Shown here piece after piece: positions 21,039 to 33,923 of a DNA stretch of 64,000 nucleotides; position 1 is the first letter of the stretch, and each line of letters starts with the position of its first letter. Under the pieces are notes generated by a model that saw nothing but the letters and a program-made list of their open reading frames with translations, searched no databases and was not told where the DNA came from. The stretch is from Pseudovirgaria hyperparasitica (lineage: Eukaryota), in NCBI GenBank assembly GCA_010093815.1, contig ML996576.1. One strand, written 5' to 3'. The translations under genes were made by a program, and so were the position numbers.

Positions 21039-24000
21039 ATGGCAGTCGACCCATTATCGCCCATTGCGCCCGCGCGCATTCGGGCGCTTCTTCTGCCTGC
21101 AGGGCGCATAAAGAGGAAAACGTTTGCCCACTTCGTTCAAGCACTTCAATCAGAGTGCAATGTACGATTGGGCGATGTGAGCCCTGATTTCACGCCAAAT
21201 AGGAGTATGCATTGGTTGTCTGGTGATTTAATACATCTAACGTGTTACTAGATCTGTTTTCCCCTTTGGCTTTCCCAAGTGGTATGTTGTTGTACGACTT
21301 GGCGACAACACTCCCTACCCCCTCCCAGCTAGCTCTATCACCATTCGAGCTCTTCAGAGAGCCATTCGTGATCCTCGGCATTGCGGATGCTAGCGAGCAT
21401 GAGAAATTGTTCGAGTCTTCAAAGTCGAGTGAAAGTGACTCATCTCACCCTGAATTTGAATCGCCACTTTACGATGCGGTCTATCGAGTTCGAGAACAAT
21501 TCCCAAATGCTCTTGTTCATCAGCTACTTGTCTTCAATTACGAGCGCGTCTCTAGACATTGGTCGCTTCCCGATGAAGCTACCACCGTTCCTCCTCAGGC
21601 AAGGTGGAAAACAACGACCCTCAAGACTATCATGTGTGACTTATCCTCTCTTTTGCTGGCTGAGATGACAGCCTTTGCTCGATCACTTCAAGCCCTTCCA
21701 ACGATACCCTCTCCATCATCTCCAGAATCTCTCACGGCGGAAGGCAATCCATCTAACACAAAGACTGTTCCTCTGGACGCAAGCAGGAGGAATTCCCAGA
21801 TGGCGCCGTCCACACGCCCGGACTCTTCCACAACTCCTACGCCTACTGGTCTATATCGAATGTCTATGCCCCCAAAGATGCCATCTTCTGTTCCAGGATC
21901 TAGTCCGCTCTCGCCATCCAGTGAACCTCGTTCCCCCCCTGCCAAAACGTTTGACGAAATACCCGGCGTCAACATAGCCGAAGTTGTCGCAAAATCTAGC
22001 AGCACGTCATCCAAGTCAAAACCTGCAAGCGAAAGCCGGAACTCAAGCCAGGATAGAGTCTCCGTTCATGGATTCGGGCCTGGGGGAGTATTGGAAAGAG
22101 CACGTAACAAGGGCATTGGGCGAGTCGGCCTCACGGTTGGCAGCTTGTATTTGTGTGCGGGTTTGTGGCCTGATGCTTTGAGGGAGCTGACTGAACATGC
22201 AAACAATGCCAAGAATCTAAGCGACCATCTATGGCACGCCAAAGGTCTAGAAAACATTTTGGTTTGTCTAATACTTCTAGCATGGCGGCGCGTTGACTTT
22301 CAGGTACAATAGGTGGATTCAGTAGGCTGCTAGCATTGCTAATGTTCCTAGATACCCCAAATATGCTATCCCAATCCAGAGAAGACCATCAACTTGCCCA
22401 ATATTCGATCTCCACATCACACGCCTTCCAATAGCATCACATCCATTTCTGGAGGGTCCCCGAGATCTTCTTTTCAGATTGCGGCAATTCAGAAGCTAAA
22501 TGCCGCTATTCCAGACCTCATTACAATGATCCTCAGCATATATGGACGAGCCAGTAACTTCTCAGGAGAAGCGATGCCTTTCAAGGCACATTCCGAGTGC
22601 ATAATTCGTCTATCCAAATACTTAGCCATGTCACATATAGCTGGTGGGTCTTTGACGGACCGAGCGTTGGAAAGTATTGTGTGTGACAAATCATACGCTT
22701 CCAAGTCAAATATGAACATCTCACGAATCACAATCTCTCCTACCAAGAACGACATTGCGGCGATGGTGCTTCGCGCCGTACCTCTTCCCACAGAATTAGC
22801 AAATATGTCGATTGCGGATGGGTCCATAATATTGACAGGGATCGCATCCGTGCTTTCGACCTTACGACTGGATCGGAAACGTGCGTTGGTAATGAAAGAG
22901 CTCATAGCATTCATGATACCAGCCATCGTCCAGGCTCGTAAGATTGGTGCGGCGGAGATGGGCGTTCATCCAGCTGCTGGCCTAGGGCTTATGGGTGGCG
23001 GTGGAGGTGGAGCAAATGATGGTACCCGGCTAGGCGCCTCTGATCCGGACACTGGCCTTATAGAATTTCTGAATCTGCTTGGGCGCATATATGGCGTGTC
23101 CCATGGAACACAGACCTCGAATATACCTTTGCGTGGTCCCAATGGCGATCAAGTGAATGGTACGGCCGTCCCGCCGTCTTCAACGGATAACCAGGGTCGG
23201 CGACGGTCCAGTGTCGTTTTAGAACGCATACAAAATCGCGCCCTTATACATGATTTCGGGAATCTAAATCTGAAACTCGACATCCTACGCATGTGTATCA
23301 ACTTTTGCGAAGCGCTCCCGGACCTGAAAGGTGTTATGCACTTCACAGCGGCTCTTCTACGTGCCGCTGGTCCTGGAAATGCGCCAAGACCGGACAGTCC
23401 GGATGTATACGTGAATCTAGCAAAGGACGAGCAACTGCGACACGCTGCAACGATCAGTCGCACCACCAGTACAGCTCGTAAACTCGGTCTGGATGATCTT
23501 GAAACAGACTACTGGGACGATTTTCTAGTCCGCAATGTATCAATGGTTGAGTCAGCCGAGTCGTCTGCAATGAAAAAGCACCGCCGAGCAGATCTGGAAG
23601 CAGTCAAGTTGGCAGAAGACAAAAGAAAGAGTCCCTTCATCCATGATCCATTTATAAAGTCTCAAGATCAAGGCACTGAGACGCTTCTTGTTGCAGGTGA
23701 CGAGAATGAGTTTCACGTTACATTACAAAATCCGTATGAATTTGAGGTCGAGATAGAGATGCTAGGCCTCGTCGGTGAAGGTGTCGAGTTCAAGGCCGAG
23801 GAAAGTGATCTACATCTCGGTCCATTCCGAACACAGAAGTTTTCTGTCATTGGGATCGCGCAGCAGGATGGGAAATTGACAATCACAGGATGCTCTATCA
23901 AGATCAGAGGCTGTCGACTTCAGACCTTCCCTATCTTCGTAGAACCGTGGAGTCCAGAGCCGAGCCTCAAGATAAAGGGGATTGGTCTAGAGGCTTCAAT

Positions 24001-25624
24001 CCCGCCGCCTGTGTCACGGCCTGTCTCAAACGTATCAACATCATCCGAACCGAATCTCCCCACCACAACGAATGATCCGATTCCAATGACGCTTACGCTC
24101 ACCGTGCTCCCGAAACAGCCTCTTTTGACAGTATCATCTGTATCCTTGGTGCAATCATCTCTCATGCTACTCGAGGGCGAACGTAAATGTTTTAGGATCA
24201 GCGTAAAGAACACATCCAAGGATACCACTAATGACTTCCTGCATGTCTCCTTTGAAGACACCACTACGACCTCTCAACGAAATACAATGAGCAACAAAGA
24301 TATCCCGAGAGCAGAGCTGCATGAACTCGAGGTTCAAGTAGCAAGAAATCCACCACTGCGCTGGCTACAAGCAGACGAGAAGAATGCTGCAAATGTCGCA
24401 CCTCAGGAGACAACGACCCTCGACATCGAGGTACTAGGCAAGCCAGGGCTGCTCGAAGGGAAAGTGCAGATCGATTACGCAAGCATAGGCACAGAACTCA
24501 CAGCAGACCATTTCTATACCCGCCAAGTCTCAGTCCCCATCAATTTTACCGTAAATGCCAGTATTCAGCTTCATCGCTTCGACGTTGTCTCCTTCGACCG
24601 CAATTGCACACTCCCGGTAACCCAACCCTCAACTTTTCAACCTCTGAGCAATCTTGCGACGCCGTCAACCGAGAGTTGCATGCTCCTCCTCGATTACCGC
24701 AACGCCTGGCCTACGCCCCTTACAATATCCATTTCCGTCCTCCAATCAACTTCACCAGCTACTTCAATAGATACTACGCCCCTGACTTCCTCCGACATCA
24801 CCACCGTCACAGAGACCATTCAGCCTGGCCATACCTCGCGCTTTGCCATAATTCTCCCGAGACTCTATATCATGCACCCACACGCACCAATCCCCTCACT
24901 AAATCCCGCCAACCAGCGCCAGTTTGTCGTGTCCTCTATACAAGCCAATCCGGCACTTGAGCGCGCTGCCCGCGAGGCATTCTGGTTTCGCGAAGCTCTT
25001 CTGTCACGCATTCGCGGCTCCTGGACCGAAGAAGCGTCTGGTCGCACGGGCGCTGTAGATGTTCGTGGGATTCGGCTCACTGCTCAAATGGTTGAGGCGC
25101 TACGATTGGATGATATCGATATTGACATGCGCGTGCTGGAAGATGCTGGCTCGGGTGATGACCAAAGTCATATTAGGACCGACAGTGTGACGCGTCTCGC
25201 ACATTCGAAATTCATGGTGCAGCCGCATGCATTCGTCACACTACGCACAACGCTGACGAATCGCTCGGCACATGCCATCCATCCGCTGCTGCGGCTGCAA
25301 CCAAGTCTGGCCAATGTACCACATAGTGCGGCGCTGGACATAGCGAAGAAATTCGCAGTGAGCGGCGTGATGCAGCGGGCATTAGGGCCAGTACGAGCGG
25401 GCGAGAGCACAAGTGCGGACGTTGGCATTTGCGCCATGTGTAGCGGGGTTTTTGAGATGGGAGCGACGGTCGAGGAGGTCAGGCCGTGGAATGAGGTCGA
25501 GGGAGAGGAGAGTCGAAAGGAGGTAGATGTGCTAGAGGAAGGCATCGTGGGCAACCTGGGAAGGAAGATATGGTACTCTAAAGAAGGATGTGTGATAGTC
25601 GCAAAGGACGATGAAGAAAGATAG
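21039..25624 (+). CDS. TRS120: TRAPPII subunit Trs120 (HypA-like)
   Basis: MAVDPLSPIAPARIRALLLP, FSPLAFP, LSPFELFREP, DHLWHAKGLE, YWDDFLVR, LQNPYEFEV, FWFRE. Introns 21205-21251 and 22304-22351 restore the frame. Confidence 0.92.
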
Positions 25625-25874
25625 ATGAGTGTCGAGTGGATAGTAGACGAGGGCCTAAGGTGTATTATATGTCTCCTGGATATTTTCCAGTACCCCTGAT
25701 ATAGAAAATCGGTAGATAAGTGGACGACACTACGAAAATGATACATTGAGTCCTATCGGCGATTCTAATTTCGAACCGCACGATGCTGTACTTGCGAGTA
25801 GTAATATCCGTTCAAAATGTATTATGCACTTTCAAAAGCAGCAATCTTGCATCAAAGAAGCGGTCACATGATTG

Positions 25875-25893
25875 CGCGTCGGACTTAACGCGT
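25875..25893. promoter_or_regulatory. MCB-like elements upstream of NBS1
   Basis: ACGCGT at 25888-25893 and CGCGTC at 25875-25880, about 100 bp upstream of a DNA-repair gene. Confidence 0.45.
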
Positions 25894-25982
25894 GGTTGCC
25901 TTGTGACGTTTTCGCCGCACGTCTCCCGGGATTCACAGAGTAGCGTCTCGCCCGCTCGCTACCTCGTCCCTCTCAAGCAAAC

Positions 25983-28707
25983 ATGTGGCTGCTTGAGAAT
26001 GAAGGAGACCTTTTCCACCGTACGTTATTAATTTCAGCCCAAGTAGCTTTCGCGACTAATAAGGCTCAGACAAGAGGAAGTGGCTGCGGCCAGGAACGAG
26101 ACATCTCTTAGGGCGGACTCATGATCACCAAGATGGCGTCGAGAATCGTAAGATATACGTTATTCTAGAGTGACACTGTTCGCTTACATGAAAAGACTGC
26201 TCAGTCATCGATGCGAAGTCAGTTTCGCGGAGACACCTTCTGATTGAAATCTCGCCCGTCAGTGAGGGCGATGGTGTAAGCAAATCCAGCTCGACACACA
26301 GCTAAAAACACATTGACTGACCAAAATGGATAGGCAGATCTGAGTAAAAAACCTACCGTCAAGCTGATTGAGAACTCGAAATTCGGTACCGTCGTCGATG
26401 GCGGCGAACCCTTCAAAAATTCAACACACATGTTGACAGGCGTGAAGCATACAATAAAACTTGGGAAATGGGAGCATAAGTTCACGTTAGAATTCGTGTC
26501 AATGTCGAATGATCGAAAGCTAATGGATTCCCAGGATCTCTTGGACTCCTATTGTCTTTTCCTTCAACGTCCCTAGCAAGCGGAAGACGCTCCCCGATCC
26601 ACTCGCGATAGAGCGCGCGCGCCTCGAACCTCTCGGAATCAAAACGATCGTATCCTATAGCCCCAAGACTACACATGTTATAGCAGACAAGAGAAATACA
26701 CCTAGTGGACTACAAGCCCTAGTTAATGCGAGACACATTGTGACCGATGCCTACGTTGACGCTGTCGTTAGAGCTGGAACACCTAATACTGGCGCGAGTG
26801 ACTACGAAGGCCCTGCACGATCTCTGCTGGAAGATGAGTTTGACAAGTATTGGCCCAGTGCGATTGATTACCTACCTGCAGCTGGTAAAGAACCCATTCC
26901 CCGTCCGGCGGAATACTACGTTCCTGATCCCGAGAGAAGTGAGGTGTTTGCTGGCTACACATTCATCTTCTGTGACGATGCTCAATATAATACTCTCCAG
27001 GCACCCATTAGTAATGGCAGTGGTAAAGCTCTTCTATACAAGCTCCAACATGGGCAAACGACCCCGGAAGACTTTGTGCGCTATGTGAAGAACGTCGCAG
27101 GCGAGAAGGGCTTGGGTGAATTTGAAGATGGAAGTGAAGGTAGAGGTGTGGTGTGCGTGCGCATGAGAGCTCAGAAAGGCTGGGAGGAGTGGGCTATTGA
27201 GTTTCAGACCCAAGTACAACTCCGACTCGATCAGAGAGACATTGAGCAGAATGAATTTCTGGATGCTATCCTGATGAAGGACGCTAGTGTATTGAGGAGG
27301 CGCCTACAGGAAGAAGAAGACCCAATGACCAGCCAGCTGCAGTATCCGCCGGTGTCTTCATCAATACCTCGACCCCCGCCGACTGCCCCCGGCTCCTCTC
27401 AGATGCCTCAGGAGACCCAGGGATCTCAATGTAATGACCAGACTCAGCTCGAAACTCAGCAGGTCTCAACGACACTAACGAGGCGCAAACCACGAAGGAT
27501 CATTACTCAAAGCAGATTCAAGGCCTTTGACGACTCCGATGATGAGGCACCAATAATCATCCACAGTCATTCAGACGACGAGATGGAGGATGCCGGGGTG
27601 ACACAACGATCCGTTGTTACCGATAGCTATCCTCCCAACACACAACCCGATCATAGCATCCAAAGAAAACGCCCTCACAGCAATAAAGACGATCAATTCG
27701 CAGAGCTTCTACCAGCCGCAGCAGCCATCAAAAGACGTCGAATAGAGGCAGGCCTCGTGCAAGACGACGACCCTGGCCCTTCCGCAGTCCTGGCGCAACA
27801 AGCCCCCAAAAAGTCCAAAGTCGACGAAATGAATGCGCTGCGCAAAGCCGCCAATCGCAAAAACAAAGACATTGACGTCCGCGAAGCTCTCCGCGAGCAG
27901 AAGGAAGCCCAAGAAGCAAACGAGCGCCGCCGCGCCGAAGCCGCCGAAGAAGAGCAGCAGCAATACGACGACACCGAAATCAAGGCCCTCCGCAACCTCG
28001 CCATCATCGAGGAAATGGACATCAAACCACGCAACTCAAGCATGTTACAGAAGCAGAACAACGCCGCGCATGACGCCGCTCGCTGGGACGACCGCTGGAA
28101 CGGCCGCAAGAACTTCAAGAAATTCAGACGCCAGGGCGCGCGTCACGCGGCGGCGCCCCCGCTCCGTGGCCACAAAGTCATCGTCACGCTCGAGGAGGTC
28201 AAGAAGAAGGACTATGGCATCGGCAGCATAGAGGACAATTATTTCCTCGAGGATAGCAACAACACTACGCGCGGCCAGAGTAGGCATACCTCGCAAGCTG
28301 CGCGGCACGATGATAATGAAGATTATGACGACGAAACGGGCTTCCAGCCCCGTCGCCGCAAAACCGCTAAGCAGATGCAGAAAGCTCATGAGGCTGAGCT
28401 TATCGAGCAGATGGTCGCGCCCCCGCGAACGAGAAAGGGGGCCAAGACGACATCGACGACGACGACGAGGGGCCCGACGCCGGCGCGCAGCGAGAGGGCG
28501 GAGAGTGAGATTCCACCGCCTGCATTGTCGTCGTCATCGTCATTGACATCAAAGGGGAAGAGAGCGGCTGCGAGTGCGGCGCCGGGCAAGGGTCCGGCTG
28601 CGAAGCGGAGTAGGGGGATACCTAGAGATGAAGACGATGATGAGGATGACGATGGTGGTGGGTTTAAGTTCAAGAGAGGGGGGAGACGGGGGGTTACGGG
28701 GGCGTGA
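25983..28707 (+). CDS. NBS1: Nibrin/Nbs1 (FHA + BRCT), MRN complex subunit; multi-exon
   Basis: Spliced N-terminus MWLLENEG..WLRPG..LLGR..SVSRRH..SKFGT (FHA). C-terminal KNFKKFRR Mre11-binding motif and acidic + FKF Tel1/ATM-binding tail. Confidence 0.88.
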
Positions 28708-28884
28708 GCAGGAGGGGGGTTCGAGATAGGAGTGGTTGGGGAAACTGCATTTAGCGTGAACGGAGCGCCGTGGCATATATAACAAAATGAGCATAATAGC
28801 GTTTGATGAATAACGAATTTTTCCATGGGACATCGTCAAAGTCATAACGTCGTCTATTCACATAACTTGGCTGTTTTTTTTATT

Positions 28885-30234
28885 CTAATCCCAATACTTG
28901 ATGGTCCCATTCAAATCGCCCGTCACAACCTTACTCGTCTCGCGCGGATGCCACTGCACCGCAATCAACGGACCCTCACTCGCCTTGATCTTCTCATACA
29001 TCTTACACGTCTTCCAGTCCCAGAAGCACACATACCCACCCGTATCGCCACTACTGACAAACTGCCCGTCCGGACTAAACGCCACGTCAATCGCATACCC
29101 GGCATGATTGTGGCCCAAAAACGCCTTTTTCCGGTTCTGCTTGAACCGGTCGAGCGCGGAGTAGACGGTGATTTGGTTGTCCTGGTTGGCATACGCGACG
29201 TATTTCTGGCTCGGGTGCATGTCGCCGCGCGTCATGGCGAACATGTGCGGCTCCGCAATGAATTTGATGGGCACGGGGATGCCGTATTCCCAGGCGCGTA
29301 GCGACTTGTCGTCGGAGGTGGTGATGAAGCGGCGGTTTTCGTCGCAGAAGGTGATTGTGTTTACGGGGCCGAGATGGTGGTCGTATTCCTGGACCTGGGT
29401 GCCCGCGCGGGTGTCGTACTGCAGGATCTTCTTGTCGCTCATGCCCGCGAGGAACTCGTGGTTGAGGTGCGGGGCCGGGTTGAAGCGGACGACGTGCGGG
29501 GTCTTGCCGGTGGTGAATTTGGCGATGCATTTCCCGTACTCGGTGTCCCAGAGCTTCATGTAGCGGTCGTAGGAGGCGGAGAGGAAGCGGGAGCCGTCGT
29601 TGTTGAAGGAGACGTCGTTTACGGATTTGGTGTGGCCGTTGAAGGAGCGGAGGAGGGCGCGGTCGTGGTATGTGTCGAAAAGCTTGACTGTGTTGTCGGC
29701 GGAGGCGGAGAGGAGGAGGTGGCCCGAGTGTGGGAAGAAGCGCATCTGGGTGATGGCTTTGGAGTGGCCGGAGAAGGTGTGGATGTGTTTCTTGGGGATG
29801 TAGTTCTTTGCGACGTCGTCGGTGCGTAGGTCGATGCCTAGGTCTTGCGGGATGTGCATGTATGTGCGGCCCTGGTAGTCGAACTGCTCGGCGCCGTGGA
29901 AGACGGTCGTCTCCTTGTCTGGCTCTGCGCCGTAGCTTGTGCCTGCTTTTGAGGGCTTCGCCGGCTGTTCCTCGATCTCGTCTTCTTCGTATTCTACTTC
30001 CACCTCCTCTTCTGACGACGAATCCGGCTGCTCTTCCTCAAATCTTGCCCATGGCCCTTTGTATGAGCCCGGTCCCGAGACGACCGAGAGGTCTCCCTTC
30101 TCTTCCCGTTTCCGCTTCTTTGAATTTGGCTGTTGATTCGAGATGAGGGCATGTCGAGCTGTTCGGAAGGATGTCTCGGAGATGACGATTTCGTCCGCGA
30201 ACCCAGTCGGAACCTTGCCCTTGGTAGACGTCAT
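28885..30234 (-). CDS. PRP17: Pre-mRNA splicing factor Prp17/Cdc40 (WD40); start uncertain
   Basis: DYQGRTYMH, YIPKK, GHLLLS, YDHHLGPVN, TTSDDKSLRAWE, C-terminal IKYWD. Confidence 0.93.
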   Translation of the reverse strand: MTSTKGKVPTGFADEIVISETSFRTARHALISNQQPNSKKRKREEKGDLSVVSGPGSYKGPWARFEEEQPDSSSEEEVEVEYEEDEIEEQPAKPSKAGTSYGAEPDKETTVFHGAEQFDYQGRTYMHIPQDLGIDLRTDDVAKNYIPKKHIHTFSGHSKAITQMRFFPHSGHLLLSASADNTVKLFDTYHDRALLRSFNGHTKSVNDVSFNNDGSRFLSASYDRYMKLWDTEYGKCIAKFTTGKTPHVVRFNPAPHLNHEFLAGMSDKKILQYDTRAGTQVQEYDHHLGPVNTITFCDENRRFITTSDDKSLRAWEYGIPVPIKFIAEPHMFAMTRGDMHPSQKYVAYANQDNQITVYSALDRFKQNRKKAFLGHNHAGYAIDVAFSPDGQFVSSGDTGGYVCFWDWKTCKMYEKIKASEGPLIAVQWHPRETSKVVTGDLNGTIKYWD

Positions 30235-30757
30235 TCCGATTTTTTGACAAGGTACAGGTGTTGGTTGTGGGTGTCGGGGGTTGGGTGCGGCTTACCAGTA
30301 TTGTAGAGATATAAATCTATATATTGACATGCAGTCAAGCTTGGTTTCTGCCTGCCAAGATATTCAGGCTGCAAATGATGGTCACGTGCCACTTATCGTA
30401 AGAGCTAAACTGCAGGAAGATGAAATTACTTTAAACAATTATGTATCATCTCTTCGTTTTCATAGCTTGGTCTCTCGTGAAGTTGAAGAGCGCTCCGCCG
30501 TCTATCTACAAGCTGAAGCCCCAATCTGAAGGGTTGCTGCAAGGGCAAACCCCTCCCAACGTACATAATTCAATTGAGCACTGCTCACTGACCAAGGCGT
30601 CACACGCTCAGCCGTTCTCTTACTCCAGCGCTATTACACAGGTCGTTGTTCATTCTCGCCATCCTGTTCGTACAGTGGGATGCCCTTGGGCATTCCACCT
30701 TCGCCTCGAGACGCGGTAGTCTCCCTGATGCGAACTGGGTACAGCCGTCTAAGCCAC

Positions 30758-31400
30758 TCAGTGATTCTCCTCACGGATGAGGGCAACAATCATGCTGTAG
30801 AGATAGAAAAAGAACATGATGAGGTGGAAGCCGAGTTTTATGAATGATTCCTGCGACGAGTTAGACGGTGGACTGATATGAAGCTTTCAGGCTTACTCTT
30901 TTGTGAACGTTCAGCTTCCTGAAAATCTCAGTAGCATCTAGCAGGTGCTGGTTCTCAAAGATTCTATGATCATTAGCAGTTGACTTTTATAGAGTGTAAT
31001 GAGGCATACTTCTTGGCGTTCCATCCAAGGAGGGGCAGATTCAGGATAAGAGCTAGCCAGTATCCGTTGATGAGTAGTAGGAAGGTCAAGAATGCGTGGA
31101 CAACAGCTTCGGGGATTATGTAGGTGTTCAGCTTGTTGCAAAGGTCGATAGGATTGATATAATCGCTAGCGAGATATCAGCAGATGACTCGATTTTGAAT
31201 GGCGTGCAACAGTCTTAGTGTCGCTGCCCAGTTACACTCGGCTTGTCGACAATAAGGCACGCCATAAGGAGTGCGAAAAGCTAGAGTAAAAAATCTTACC
31301 ATTCCAGATCACTGTACATGATGGTGAAAAACACCTGCAGAAACAAGTTTACTGCATTGACCAGCACCGCAAAGAGGTATAACCACGCTTCTCCCGTCAT
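30758..31400 (-). CDS. ERV14: Cornichon-family ER cargo receptor Erv14, 4 exons
   Basis: Manual splicing (introns 31166-31299, 30964-31009, 30851-30896) gives [88 protein letters not shown]. Confidence 0.95.
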
Positions 31401-32056
31401 TTTGAAAGTCTCTGCGGCGCTATAACAAGGTGTAGATCTTCACGCGTGCGAGCTTCGCTTGTATCCAGAGGATCAGGAGCTGATTGTAGAAACCGAAAAT
31501 TCGAGGTTTCGTTGAGAAGCTGAACCGCGCTTGGGCGTGTTGTAGAAGTGGAGGGGAGGTTGGGCTCTTCAAAGTTCCTGTGGTATGAGAACAGCCTTGG
31601 AGGAGTCGAGCGATGCGAAAAGTATGGAATGAGGAAGCTTTCAAAGTGGCTGGGAGTGTATATTGAAGACCCGAGAGTTGTTTTGAGATGACGTGCGTGC
31701 ACTGATGTGTTGGAAGGTGGTAGCAGCTTAGGTTGTCGCGCCTCGCTTCCTAAAATCGACGACTAACGTGCCACTGTCGCACCTTTGGAACCTTTTCCCT
31801 ACTTAAGTGTGAATGGAGCTCTCGTAGACTTGAACTATGAGTAGTTGACGCTTGGATAGTGCGTATGGGCCATCTATCTATCTATATCTGCTTTGATGCA
31901 GTGTGCACCGCATGATGAGTTTCTATGACCCGAGACTGCTCCCTATGACTTCCAGGCACCAAAGGCGCTTTTCCTTATACCACATTTTGCGAGTATAGTC
32001 CTGGCACGACACTAAATCGTTTCAAATTTGCAAGAATAGCAGCGAGGACTATGGAG

Positions 32057-33489
32057 TTACACAATACCTCCAGGGGAGTCTGGCAATCTTGCAGTCAATA
32101 TCTCGACTCCCTCTTCCGTGACCAGTAACGTGTGCTCTAACATATCATCAGTCATCAGTCATGTCAAGGATTCAACAGGACCAGCTGGGCTTACCGAACT
32201 GTGCGGTCAAAGAGCCATCCTGAGTAACGCTCGTCCAGTCGTCAGGCCAAGTCTTGTCTTTGTGAGTTCCCAGGCTGATCATAGGCTCTATGGTAAAGCA
32301 CATTCCTGGCGATCGTCAGCAACGTAATATTGTAGATATGGGCTCAATGTACCTGGTTTTGCGGTACCGACGGCCTTGTTCTTCGCGTAATGCGGGATGT
32401 TAGGAGCACAGTGGAACAGCTAGAATGATCAATAAGTATATATCTTGCACCAGATTCGTCAGTGAACTCACCTTGCCAACTCCATGTCCACAGTAGGTTT
32501 TGATCACGCTACATCCCTTGCTCTTCGCATGTTTCTCTATAACGTTGCCTGGGTCCCTGAACAGCATGCCAGGCTTTACGATATCTATTGATTTGGCCAA
32601 GCATTCTCGCGCAGTCTCGACAACCCGGACCGCGTCAGGATTAGCCTTTGCTTTGTCTCCAATATAGTAGGTCTCGTTCAGGTCGGCATGGAATCCTCCG
32701 TGGTAGAGCGATATATCAATGTTGAGTATGTCCCCATCAACCAATACTCGCTGATCCGGGATGCCATGGCAGATCACTTCGTTCGGCGAGGTGCATACGG
32801 ACTTGGGAAACTTGTAGTAATTTAAGGGAGAAGGATATGACTGCACACGTCAGCGCACTGGTCTTGATGCAGAGGGTCATGTAGTTTTACATCTCGCTCT
32901 ACGCAGGCCTTGTGTACTACTTCGTCAATGTAGTCGGTTGTTACCCCCGGCTTGGCCGCTGCAGCTGCGAGATCCAATACTTCCCGTCCATACCTGCACA
33001 CTTTGCGCATGGCATCTTGTTGCTCTTTCTCCAGTATAGCAATCTTGTGCCTGCCGACAAATACCAGTTCTGAATGCGGAATACTATCTTCCGCGTAATC
33101 AGGCTTGCTTATGCTTTCAGGAACCGCTCGCCTTTCCGAAAGAGGATACACAGGCCGAAGGTCGCCTGTATATGCAAAACTGGGGAACGGATCGTAGTGG
33201 CCGGTTTGTGGGTCTGGCTCAGAAATCACCTTTGGGGGAAACAGTTTCCTAAGAGGATTGCTGGGGGTTTTATGTATGGTTTTATGGGAAGTCTGATGTC
33301 AAGTCAGTCAGTAAAGTAACGCTCTACATGGGACAGTCGCATGCTACCTGCCCAATTCCGTTTGAAGCAGTCTTGCGAGCAGAAGAAGCTCTCCTGGCCT
33401 AGCTTTTGACAGGTAGGACATTGGAGAGCAGTAGCATCATTGCCGCAGTCCTGACCGGCGCACTTGCGGGACTTTGGCACGTCCTGCAT
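32057..33489 (-). CDS. MAP1: Methionine aminopeptidase 1 with N-terminal zinc finger; multi-exon
   Basis: [70 protein letters not shown]; final exon [13 protein letters not shown]. Confidence 0.95.
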
Positions 33490-33923
33490 GGCACACACTT
33501 GATGAGATTGGTAGTGTTGGTGGTTATTGGTGGATATGCAGAAAAGTGTTGTTGTTGTGCATTGTACAAGATGTGGATGTGCATTTGATAGATGACGATC
33601 TCCCTTGCACTATTTTAGGGCTGCATCATGGCGTCCGACCTCGCGAACTGGCGCAGCTGAACGAGGCCAAAGCACGCGAATCGAGGATTTTAGCGCTTAG
33701 GGAGCACGTAGCGATCTCAACGATTATTAGTTAATTAGGTGTTATTCACTCCAAAAGAAAAACTCGTCGTGCCCATTTCTGGTCTGGCACTATTATGGGT
33801 TGCCTATGTGCTACCGGTCCCGGCCGGGCGTCTCGGCCTTTCGTCAATGATGACATTCTTTGATTCTCTTTTCTCTTCTCTTTATTCTTCGTCTGACGAT
33901 ATATTGCGCCAATTCTGTCCGTC

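Noticed and set aside
30816..30876. ATGATGA..CTGA resembling a C/D box snoRNA
   Set aside because: It is antisense to the last exon and intron of ERV14, which explains the sequence, and I recognised no rRNA guide.
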